Below are positions 10,380-21,200 of a DNA stretch of 64,000 bases, piece by piece. The notes beneath the pieces were generated by a model. It worked only from the letters and a program-made list of their open reading frames with translations. It searched no databases and had not been told where the DNA came from. The stretch is from Laetmonice hystrix (Eukaryota), in contig OZ249452.1 of assembly GCA_965235115.1 (NCBI GenBank), positions 7,998,001 through 8,062,000 on the forward strand. Reading direction: 5' to 3'. The position numbers were made by a program, and so were the translations under genes. The number at the start of each line of letters is the position of its first letter. Within the stretch, counting starts at the first letter, position 1.

Positions 10380-10480
10380 GCGAGATGTACGCGAATTCCG
10401 AAAGTTCTTCCTCGAGAGAATGATCACCGCGAATGTGTTCCCAATAATCCAGAGGGGATGACGGAAATTGAAACAAAAAT
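10380..10480 (-). pseudogene. Short TM1 remnant of a fourth GPCR paralog
   Basis: Minus strand reads IFVSISVI / frameshift / PLWIIGNTFAVIILSRKNFRNSRTS, similar to TLGIVGNTFSAIVLLRKKFRQSST of the neighbouring receptor. Confidence 0.6.
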
Positions 10481-10749
10481 GACGTAAGAATCTACTGTTT
10501 CATTTCTTTGTGTAAAGTCCATCAGACGAAATGTCGCTTTGAATTCGGTGTTTGATGATGATTGGCTCAGATCGCCACTTCCGTGGTGATAGGACGACTG
10601 TTGACCTCCTTCTGAGGCACGCTGGCTCGCTACACCTCGCTTGCCGCATCAGCCTGCTCGACAACGCTCGTCAGTCAGGAGCGAAGCGGAGAGCTGACTA
10701 TAGGGCGAATTGTCTAAAACTAGTCCGACTGGTCTGTCAAATACCGGGC

Positions 10750-10848
10750 GTAAAACGCTGTGTCCATGTCGTGTTTGCTTGTGACCCCCTTGCCACTTAG
10801 GGATAAGGGTAGGGCGTAATCCCGGTGTGTGGTTTTCTCCTCTATCAT
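10750..10848. repeat. Dispersed repeat (SINE-tail-like), inverted copy at ~14752-14855
   Basis: cttgccacttagggataagggtagggcgtaatcccggtgtgtggttttctcctctatc matches the reverse complement of gatagaggagaaacctacacaccgggaatacgccctactcttatccctaagtggcaag. The SINE identity is a guess. Confidence 0.55.
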
Positions 10849-11331
10849 TTCCCCTTCGCCATCTGACAGAAGAAAACGAAAATTGATCCCTTCATGGAGA
10901 TGGCCAACAGTTGCTGACAGGACCGATCTCGTTGAGTGGTTTCGAAATCGCCCAGACTCAGAATAGATACATCGCCATCTCTTCACATGGCCTGAAACAC
11001 TAGTCTAGCTCCATGGTGCAGTGATCAGAATGAGTAGCCTACTGCTATCTATCAACGTCCATGTCCTTTCAACTCCTAAGGGCTCTTGCTTGTCTGCAAG
11101 CTTCCTGGAGATGTTCAACAGTTGCTGACAGAACCGATCTCGTCAAATCATTCAAGTGAAGATAAATGAGAAAAATCTGACAGTGACACACTGATATAAA
11201 TACTTGGGAGTAACACTGTTCCCAGCACTGAGATATGGTGGGCACACAAACCAGTTATGTAAAAACATAGGTGCAAAATTGCATTTGTTTTTCGGAATAA
11301 GATTTTTCATCTCAGAGAAACGGGCTATTAA

Positions 11332-11828
11332 AGGGAATAGAAAAGTTCCTCACTAACGTACCTTTAAACACCAGTAACACCATATAAAGTGTCTAAGGTC
11401 ACACCGATATTAAAGGGAATAGAAAAGTTCCTCACTAACGTACCTTTGAACACCAGTAACACCATATAAAGTGTCTAAGGTCACACCGATATTAAAGGGA
11501 ATAGAAAAGTTCCTCACTAACGTACCTTTGAACACCAGTAACACCATATAAAGTGTCTAAGGTCACACCCATAAGTGGAACACTGTCAACGGCGACTTTT
11601 TAAAAATACCGCCCGGGTCATTCGCTATTTCCCACGCGAGACAGCGGGAGCTATATCTATTAATAGATTGAGATAACGGCCAAATTGGGTAAACAAACCG
11701 ACGAAGCCAGCGGGAGAATGTCTCTACATTTCGGTTGATTATTCCTTTATTAAAGATCAGATAATCACAGAATTGTAGGTAAGAACAAGCTTGTTCATGC
11801 TGAACACCCTTATATTTGAACTTTTCTA
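11332..11828. mobile_element. Second copy of the 7294 MITE with triplicated 5' end and truncated 3' TIR
   Basis: AGGGAATAGAAAAG starts at 11332, 11414 and 11496 (82-bp period). The body matches 7294-7639 and stops at gaacttttcta, lacking the final TTCCCT. Confidence 0.85.
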
Positions 11829-12350
11829 CAAATCAGTACTCTGGCCACATTTTAACTATGGTACTGTCATCTAGACAAATGCGAATGTAACTAATCTGAC
11901 TAGACTTCAAACTCTTCAAAATTAGGCAAGAATAATCACCTGCAGCCCGTGTTTGACACCTTACCAGCTCCTGTTCCCAAGGACAGGTCTTCAGAACATG
12001 TATAGTATCATTAATAATCCCCACCGCACTATATTAAACGATACCTAGACCTTTCGACCAGGGCCCTGTTCACAAACAAAGTCAATTTTAATTGACTTGA
12101 AGTCAATTTTACTTGAATCTGATTGGTTAAAAATGGATTTCAAGTTAATTAAAATTGACTTGAGTTTGTTTGTGAACTGGGCCCAGGTCTATTATAACCA
12201 GGTCGGTAGTAAATAAGGAACTCGAACTTCCAAAACCGAAGACAGAATCACTTAGAAGAACAGTAGTCTATAGAGGAATTACAAAATGGAATTCTCTACG
12301 CTGGATCTAATCTGAGAAGCAGCAAATCGAAGGATCTTTTTAAGAAAAGC
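11829..12350 (+). mobile_element. 5'-truncated, decayed LINE (CR1/L2-group) RT C-terminus
   Basis: Translations SVLWPHFNYGTVI*TNANVTNLTRLQTLQN*ARIIT and LELPKPKTESLRRTVVYRGITKWNSL resemble the conserved 3' ORF2 motifs of CR1/L2-like LINEs. A repetitive tail follows to ~12630. Confidence 0.7.
12062..12183. mobile_element. Small PIF/Harbinger-like MITE inserted in the LINE
   Basis: GGCCCTGTTCACAAACAAAGTCAATTTTAATT ... AATTAAAATTGACTTGAGTTTGTTTGTGAACTGGGCC inverted ends with CAG duplicated on both sides. Confidence 0.7.
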
Positions 12351-13860
12351 CTGGTATCAATCACAACGATCTAGTAATTTTTCCCTGGGAAATACAATTT
12401 GTAAAGTGCACTTGTAAAGTGTAAACTTTTAATTATTCCCTGTAAAATACAACTTGTAAAGTGCAGTTGTAAAGTGCATTTGTAAAGTGTAAACTTGTAA
12501 TTATTCCCTGTAAAATACAACTTGTAACGTACCTGTACCAGATTGCGACACCCTGAAACTACATGTTAGAGTGGCAGTGTTTATATTCACTGAGTTGTCT
12601 ACCCCTTAGACCGAAATAAAAATTTAAAAAATCGTCTGACAACTGCCTTGAAAATCAACAATGATTTCCATTATTTTGGATTTGAATTCGGGGTTGATCC
12701 TCAGCAGCAGGATCATAAAGCGGTCAGTTGGGGAGGAAATTGGGGAAGATTTCACGGAAACCACAAAACTTGCATCAAGTGACTATTGACAAGTAATCAA
12801 GTAATCAAGTAATCGCACACAGTTCAAGGAGGCTGTTAACCCAAGGGTGAGGTGCGATTTGGGCCAACAAGTGCAGTCAGCCAAGTTGCACATTTGAATT
12901 CTCGACACTACAACTGACATAAAATATGATCATTGTGATTATCAAACTAATTCCGGTAAAATAAAGGAATAAAATTATTACAGCAGGTCACGTCTCTCTA
13001 AGTGCAATTAGTGTAACAGAAGCCAAACATTGATGGCGATTACACCAGATCAGCGCAAGGAAATCATGTTTTCAAACCATGAGACATTGTGGCTAAGTAA
13101 GATAAGCCAAGATAGGGCCGTGCCTGAATAATCAGGTGGGCCTAGTAAACTTTGTCCCGACAGAGCTACGCCCTTCGCACGCGATAACAAGGCGCACGTG
13201 AAATTAGCAAGTATGGCTTCGCTGAGACGAACAAACAGGTGCACGTTGGATTCTTTGCTCTGATGAGCCTCACCTATGTGACTGACCAACACTTATCAGC
13301 ACATAAGGTAAGGAATTATATTTATAAGGATTAATTTATCAATAATAGACGGTTATAATAGATGTGGTCTAAATAATATTAAGTATATTGACTTTTTTTA
13401 TGACATGTACATTAATGTGTTTTTACGTTGATGAAAACGAGGGATGGGCCTTGACGCTAGACACCATCCTCCGACCGCTAAGCTACTAGTAATACGAGGG
13501 GATTCGAAATATACAAATACTTTAATTTCATAGGGTGGGCTGGTATCCCCTCAATACAAATGTGTCTTGCCATAATAATGTGGAATAAAACCTTTGCAAA
13601 GTGCACCCGACACGACTCGAGTTACGGTGTATCACATTAGTCAACGTCATCAAGAGATAACAGAATGGTAGTACTAAAATGGGCATGCCAGTGTAAGTAA
13701 GCAGTAGTATTTATATTGACATAACAGTAAGACAAGCAAGGTATGCTCATAGGCCAGTCACTAATAAAAGTAAGTGTTTATAGGGCTACATTGTGGACCT
13801 AGTGTGAATGTTTATAGAACTCAGGGGCCATCAAATGCCCTAAGGTCAATATATAATAAA

Positions 13861-14480
13861 CCTCTCCAAAAAGTTATATTACACTTATTTCTGTTTAATT
13901 ATTTCTGTTTGATGTCGTTGTACAACTATGATGTATACCCTGGTAAAGAACATGAAATTGCGGAATGACACTCAAACGAAGCCAGTACGGTAAATCATGG
14001 TTTTACCGGGCCAGAAACCATTGTTTAAAGCAATAACACACTGAATCCATTACAATCCATGCAGGTATCTCCGTGCACATTTGGTGAAATTGACTCTCAG
14101 GAATTGTGTTCGGTGTATTTGTGGTGCTCATGGCGGCTAGACAACAAGTGAATAATTGCGTTGTGGTAAAACGGCAGCACACAACTGATTTCAGCTTTCC
14201 TCATTGTGCTTATAATGTCGTTTGTCTGGTTGGTAAAAACAGTTTAATTGAATGATTTTCTCCACAGCTGTTTTAGGAAGAATTTCGTGAAATTTGAAAA
14301 CGTGACCTTCATCTTTCTGCATCTCATGTTCAATGATTTCTGACCGTACTGGCTTCGTTTGGGTGTCATTTATTCCGCAATTTCATGTTCTTTACCACGG
14401 TATAGGAATCATAGTTGTACAGAGATATCAAACAGAAATAATTGAACAGAAATAATTGTAACCTTACTTTTTTTGAGAGG
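13861..14480. mobile_element. Fold-back MITE with ~140-bp imperfect inverted arms
   Basis: 13861-14000 (cctctc...gaagccagtacggt) is the reverse complement of ~14343-14480 (accgtactggcttc...gagagg). Confidence 0.7.
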
Positions 14481-15243
14481 TATAAATCTGCCGACGTTGG
14501 CAACAAACGTACTGTACTTGAAGTTAAGGCGGCCCAGTCTTCTTAAATCAATATTAAATCAATTAAATCAGTGACATTATCAGATAACCAGAATATATTC
14601 TGCAATCAACACCCCAGTAAATGATAAGCCGTTGTACATAGATCCGTTGTTATGCGACCTGTGCTTTTCTGCTATGGCAAAAGCTATGTCAAGAAGTAGT
14701 GGTGTGACGTTAATATGCGGTAGTAAGCTTTTCTCTCATATGGCAAAGGTGAGATGATAGAGGAGAAACCTACACACCGGGAATACGCCCTACTCTTATC
14801 CCTAAGTGGCAAGGGTGTTTACAAGCAAACACTACATGGACACAGCGTTATACGGTCAGCTATCCGCTTTTCAGATATGGATTGAGGAAAGTCTGGAATG
14901 GCATTTAATTATCTCTGCAGGTCACAAGGCAGGGAATCTACTTGAAATGGGGAATTATGATAAGCGTGTCTGGACAAAGACATAACATATGGGACGGTGG
15001 AAGGCTCCATTTGGAGGGGGGAGACGTTGACTTTTAAGGTATAACTTTAGAATCAAATAGTAACTAAATAAAGAGGCGCATTCAAAATGAAACAGAAATC
15101 AGTTAAACCATCTTTAGCATTGTTCCACGGTGTATCTTACGTAGGAGAGATCCCTGCAACCACAGTTTTTCAGTGCCTCCTCTGAATTTAGTTAGCATTG
15201 TATTTGATTGTTTATTCCAGACTGACCATAGGCCTAAACCACC

Positions 15244-18200
15244 ATGTTTCACATACACCTCGCCTGGCTGTTCTGCGGTAAGATTTCCGACTTAATAATG
15301 TATAGGCTTCTGTCAGTGTGACACAAGAGCCTTGTGCTCCAAGTACTGGCTTCCACTGCTGTTCTCATATTTAAATTTCATCAAATAATGTAATGGAATA
15401 AGAGAGTTTTGCGTCAAGTCCCTTCTTTTTTCTGGTTGTGGGGACCGGAGGACAAAAGCCCTTTTACCTGACGTGTTCTAGATCTAGACTCTATAGACCC
15501 TGTGTCTGCTCTGAAGAAGACCTGAGTTTCTATCTATTATACTGTATACATTTGCATTGTTATTGTCACACTGACGTCACACGTTTACGATCAATGTGTC
15601 TTGGATATAGGAATGTACATGTTGAAGGCCAGTTATATAACGTTATTGTCGTTGATAAAGTATTTCTTTCTGCTCATTAGTGTCCTTTGTGCTGGTATCT
15701 ACATGGGAACTATCGATTCACAAACCCGACGTGAATACGAGTAGCAATACAGGAACCCTCGTCCCGGAACAATATTTGCGCTATGATGCAAGTGGAAGTA
15801 CTACAAATCTGTCCAAATCTATCAAACATGAGGATACTAGTATGGAAAAGGAAGAGATTCTCACAACATCAAGAGTCCTGGTGGCAACAATAGCAGAGAG
15901 AAAACCAAAAAGATACAAACATCCAGCAGGAAAAAAAGTGCAATCCTTCCTGTCTAATAATACAGAGGAATCAAACGCATCAAATATAACAACACAAGAA
16001 ACAACTACATTTGATGGAGGCACAACGTCGTCAGAAGAAGAACAATATCAGTCAACAATAGATCCTGTAGAGATAACAAGCACTTTATTAGAAAGAACAT
16101 CAACAGAACAAGATGAAACACCGACTGAAGAAAATCCAGTAACTACCACATCATATCCAACGACACTTGAAGAAAGTACAACACCACAAGATGAAGAAAC
16201 TACAGCAGCAACAACGAAATATCAAACGACTATCCTAGATGGCGTCTCTACAGAGAAAACAGAGAACCCTACGACAACAGAGGGCGACGTTTTATCAACA
16301 TCGCTTCCTTTAGAGACAAGTACAATATTAGAAGACACATCAACAGTGCAGGATGTGGAAACTACTCCAGAAAAGCTAGCGTCATCGACATCAAATCCAA
16401 CGACAATTTCAGACGAAAAAACTACACAGGAAAGCCATGACACGTCGACAAAAGAAGAGACGACAAGCACTTCACTGGAAACCACGAGAGAGACAACAAG
16501 CGTGAACTTACAAACGACACAAGAAATACCAGATGAAGAAACAACATCTATATCAATGACAACAACTAAAACAACCTCCGAAACGAGTACATTAGAGGAA
16601 GGCACCACAGAGGAAGTAGAGATGACCACGAGAAGACAGGAAGAAATCGCCACAACATCAGTGCCTACAGAAAAGACAACAGGTATAACAGGAAAGACCA
16701 CTCCAGAAATAGAAGAATCGACAACGAATGAAGAACTGATCCCCACATCGAAGTCTGGTGAGACAAGCACAGCATTTGAAAGGACATCAACAATTCAAGA
16801 TGACCAAACAACATCAGTGCCGACGACATCGTATCAAACGAGTATATTGGATGAAGGCACCACGCCTAAAATAGGAGAAACTACGAGAGAGGAAGAGCTT
16901 TATCCAACATCAACTGCTGGAGAGACAATAAGAACCACATTGGAAGGGACGTCTACCTCGGAGGGCGAAGAAACAACGCCCGAGACAACCGAATACCCAA
17001 CGACAAGTAGAGAGAACCCCACGACGGCCGAGGAGCTGGTCTCAACACTAGAGCCGAAAGTGACAACAACATTGGAAAGCAAATTAACAACCATTGCTGA
17101 CAGAACAACTGTAGAAGAATCAACAACAACATATCCGACAACAATGGTGGAGCAAACGACCACACAACAAATAGAGGAATCTACAACAAATGAACTTGTC
17201 TCCACACCAGGGGATAAAGAGACTACGACATTGGAAAGTTCAATTACAACTGATCAAACAACTACAAAAGAACCGAAAGTAACGACAACAATGGGGGAAC
17301 AAACGACCACACAACAAATAGAGGAATCTACAACAAATAAACTTGTCTCCACACCAGGGGATAAAGAGACTACGACATTGGATATTTTAATTACAACTGA
17401 TCAAACAACTACAAAAGAACCAAAAGTAACGACAACAATGGAGGAACAAACGACCACACAAAAGATAGAAGAAACTACAACAAATGACCGTATCTCCACA
17501 CCAGGGGATAAAGAGACTACGACATTGGAAAGTTCAATTACAACTGGTCAAACAACTGCAAAAGAACCAAAAGTAACGACAACAATGGAGGAACAAACGA
17601 CCACACAACAAATAGAGGAATCTACAACAAATAAACTTGACTCCACACCAGGGGATAAAGAGACTACGACATTGGAAAGCAAATTAACAACCATTGCTGA
17701 CAGAACAACTGTAGAAGAATCAACAACAACATATTCGACAACAATGGTGGAGCAAACGACCACACAACAAATAGAGGAATCTACAACAAATAAACTTGTC
17801 TCCACACCAGGGGATAAAGAGACAACAACATTGGAAATTTTTATTACAACTGACCAAACAACTACAAAAGAACCGAAAGTAACGACAACAATGGAGGAAC
17901 AAACGACCACACAAAAGATACAAGAAACTACAACAAATGACCTTATCTCCACACCAGGGGACAAAGAGACTACGACATTGGAAAGTTCAATTACCACTGA
18001 TCAAACAACTACAACAGAACCAAAAGTAACGACAACAATGGAGTTACAAACGACCACACAACAAATAGAGCAAACTACAACCAATGAACTTGTCTTTACA
18101 TCACAAGCCACAGACGAGATGACCACACTATTTGATACGACATCAGCGACTCAAGATGAGGAAACAACATCCACTTCCGGATCGACGCCAACGCCACCTC

Positions 18201-21200
18201 CCGGATCTACAACACCAGCTCCGAAAAAACCGCCAGATCTCGGTTCGTACGATTTGCATTTAACAAAATTGCTTAGTTTGTTCAAACGAATGTGGTGGTA
18301 TTGCTGGTGAGTGGTTTTTTCACATTTACCAGCTGACAATTTTGATAAAAAAAATAATATGGATCGTGCAAAATGTTTTGCTTGCTAACAGAGGATGAGA
18401 CTGTTTTGTTGGAATCAAGTCTGCAATGGGAGGGCAACTTTACGGATGACCTGGCTGATAGCACTTCCGATGCATTCAAGACTCTGCAAAAAGAAGTCAA
18501 GGCAAACGTAAGAACAATAATACGTTACAGTCAGAATAACAAATTGTGTCTACTTCGCTGTATTCAACCGTTCGCATATAGTGTTGTAATTCTGGGAAGG
18601 GATCTATATATAAGAATGAAAACAAAGCATTGCCGTAGAACTGCACTGGCGCTGTTTGCAAATCGGTCATCGATTCGGACCGTATTGTAAAAAGATGCCA
18701 TCTCTTAGTTATGACAGTGTCATCATTATCATCATGGCTACGATTATTTTTAGTATCAAATATTCCCATCCGAGGTATTCATTTTACATGAATAATTATT
18801 CATTTTACATGAATAATTATTCATTTTACATGAATAATTAGTGGATGCAAGAAGATGTATCCTTAATATTATATGTAACTAGATTTCTCATACCTTTTGT
18901 CGATAAGGTGAAAGAAGTTTACAAAGATGTGGAAGGTTTTAACAAAGTGGAAGTCCACGCCTTCCTGAGGTGAGTTGCCTCACTACATATTGCTTTTCAT
19001 ATGTTTTAAAGCATTTTAAACCTTGAAAGACCGGCGGCCTTCCCCCTCTGATGAAGATTGGTCAAATTTGTTTACTAAATACAAGAGTCGACCCGAGTGT
19101 TTTAGGTCATTCAGGCTGTCCCTTATACATTTAAGCGGCAACCAATTTTACAGTGTACATGTTTAAGGTAGAATTGGTTGTAGTACTAATAGACAGAGGT
19201 ATACGATTATATTCCACCAAGTGTCTTCAAGATAAAGTCCCATTTTGAAATATCCTAAAAGGCATGAATTAGCCATTTCTTCTGGAGGGACAGTAATCAG
19301 TTCACCTTACCCAACGATTTCATTTGTACGAAGTATAACGTATACATATCAATAAAAAAGGAACGTAAATATACAAATCTTGGGCATAATTTCACTAGTG
19401 TCTTGCATAATTCTTGCTTTCAAACCCTGTGTTCATATTGTAGGATATCCCCCGATTCGTACCACATGATACCAGCCAAGTCGACCAATGAAATGATCGA
19501 GTCGGTGTATGACCTTGTGTTTGACCTCCGGGCGGCCTTGGTGGCGCCGGAGAGGCTGACCGCCCAGATCCGGAACGCTACGGTCGGATTATATGGAGTG
19601 GTCATCCAGGGTCAACCAGTTGACCCTGACCACGTTAACGACGTCATGGCGGACATGGAAGACGGTAAAGCTCTTCTAGATGTGATTTTAAGAAATAAGC
19701 AGTTTAGATAGATGGATTACTTTTGGAGAGAAATGAGCAGGGTCATGTCCAAAGATTTACAACAAAACCAAGTTAAAGCAGTTTGCCCTCAGTTTCCACC
19801 TTACTGGAACTTCAAAAGTGATACGTAAATAACAGCTTTGCTCAGGTCCCTGTCCCTCCGGGTATGGCATCGGTTACTTCCGGCCAGGGGTCACTTGAGC
19901 TTCCGGTAGGAGGCCCTTTGCCAGGGGTCCCTGTTATGGGAGATGGCTTTCGTCTGGACGGGTCTGATTTTTTTAAAAAATTTTATTTTTTGTTTCTGAC
20001 GTGCAGACTTGGAGGAGATCGGAGGGATTCGTGACACAGTTTGTCAGAACAGGACTCTGTGTGACCTCGATTACAGCTGTGAGCGTGACGACTCGGTCCC
20101 TGAGGGTGTAACGTGTAGTTACAAGTGTTATGGTTACCCGTGCGGCGAGGGTGCCCAGTGTTACATCACAGAAGGTCATGACGCAGCGTGTCGGTAAGTG
20201 CGCGCGCAACTCCTCAATGACGTGCTTCCTCCGCAGACGACATTATGTCACATTTTCAATAAATAGGGGATAACACATCTAAAAACTTCTCACTATATTT
20301 TGGGCATAATAAATATGCAGACGGCATTATGCCATGATCTGTGACACCAACGGTATCGCCATGTATGGAACAAAGTTAAAGAGAGAGATCTTATGTTGAT
20401 GATTCCCTCACTAATTAAGACATAGAATAATTGACGTTTTGTCGTTAGACTGTGTCATTATTTTACGTCATACGTCACACACTTTGACGTTGCGGGTAAG
20501 ATCACTGGGTTGTTTTTACGTCATACGTCACACACGTTGACGTTGCGTGTAAGATCACTGGGTTGTTTTTACGTCATACGTCACACACTTTGACGTTGCG
20601 TGTAAGATCACTTGGTTGATTTTACGTCATGCGTCACACAATTGACGTTGCGTGTAAGATTACTGGGTTGTTTTTTACCCGCCAGGTGTCTCTCCGGCAT
20701 GTTTGACGTATCCGGAAAGTGTGTCAACCAATGGGTGATCATCGGCCCCGTCATTGCTGCCATCGTCTTGATCATCATCATAATGGCAGCAGTCATCATC
20801 AGCGTCAAGGTCAAGCGAGCCCGCAAGGTCAAGGAAAGGTCCAACGAATTCTAGTAGGCATCAATTGTCTGTTCGTCTGTCTGCTTTTGAAGGGCAACAC
20901 TCGCCCTTCAAAGAGTGGGATATTTCTATCGTAAATCAAATGGGCAGACTACCGTACCAAGCACAATTTATTTTAAATATGTTTAACGAACATAACTAGC
21001 GTTCCATGTTACCCCCATCATGGCGACGACTGGATAAACTAGTTACTACGCATACTATAGAGTTACAAAAGATACATCACCTGCAGCGCCCTCTATTGGC
21101 ATTAAATGGCATCGTCTGTCAGCAATCCTTCTTTGTTTCCCGTGGGGACACTGGAGACAATAGATTCATTATCTACCATTTTTGATTTTCACAATGTTTT

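Noticed and set aside
15781-17997. Val/Ser-rich minus-strand ORFs
   Set aside because: Antisense shadows of the Thr-rich mucin exon.
18243-18310. Track ORF C-terminus SYDLHLTKLLSLFKRMWWYCW as a real protein end
   Set aside because: A phase-1 donor at 18243 joins to the SEA exon, so this segment is intron read-through.
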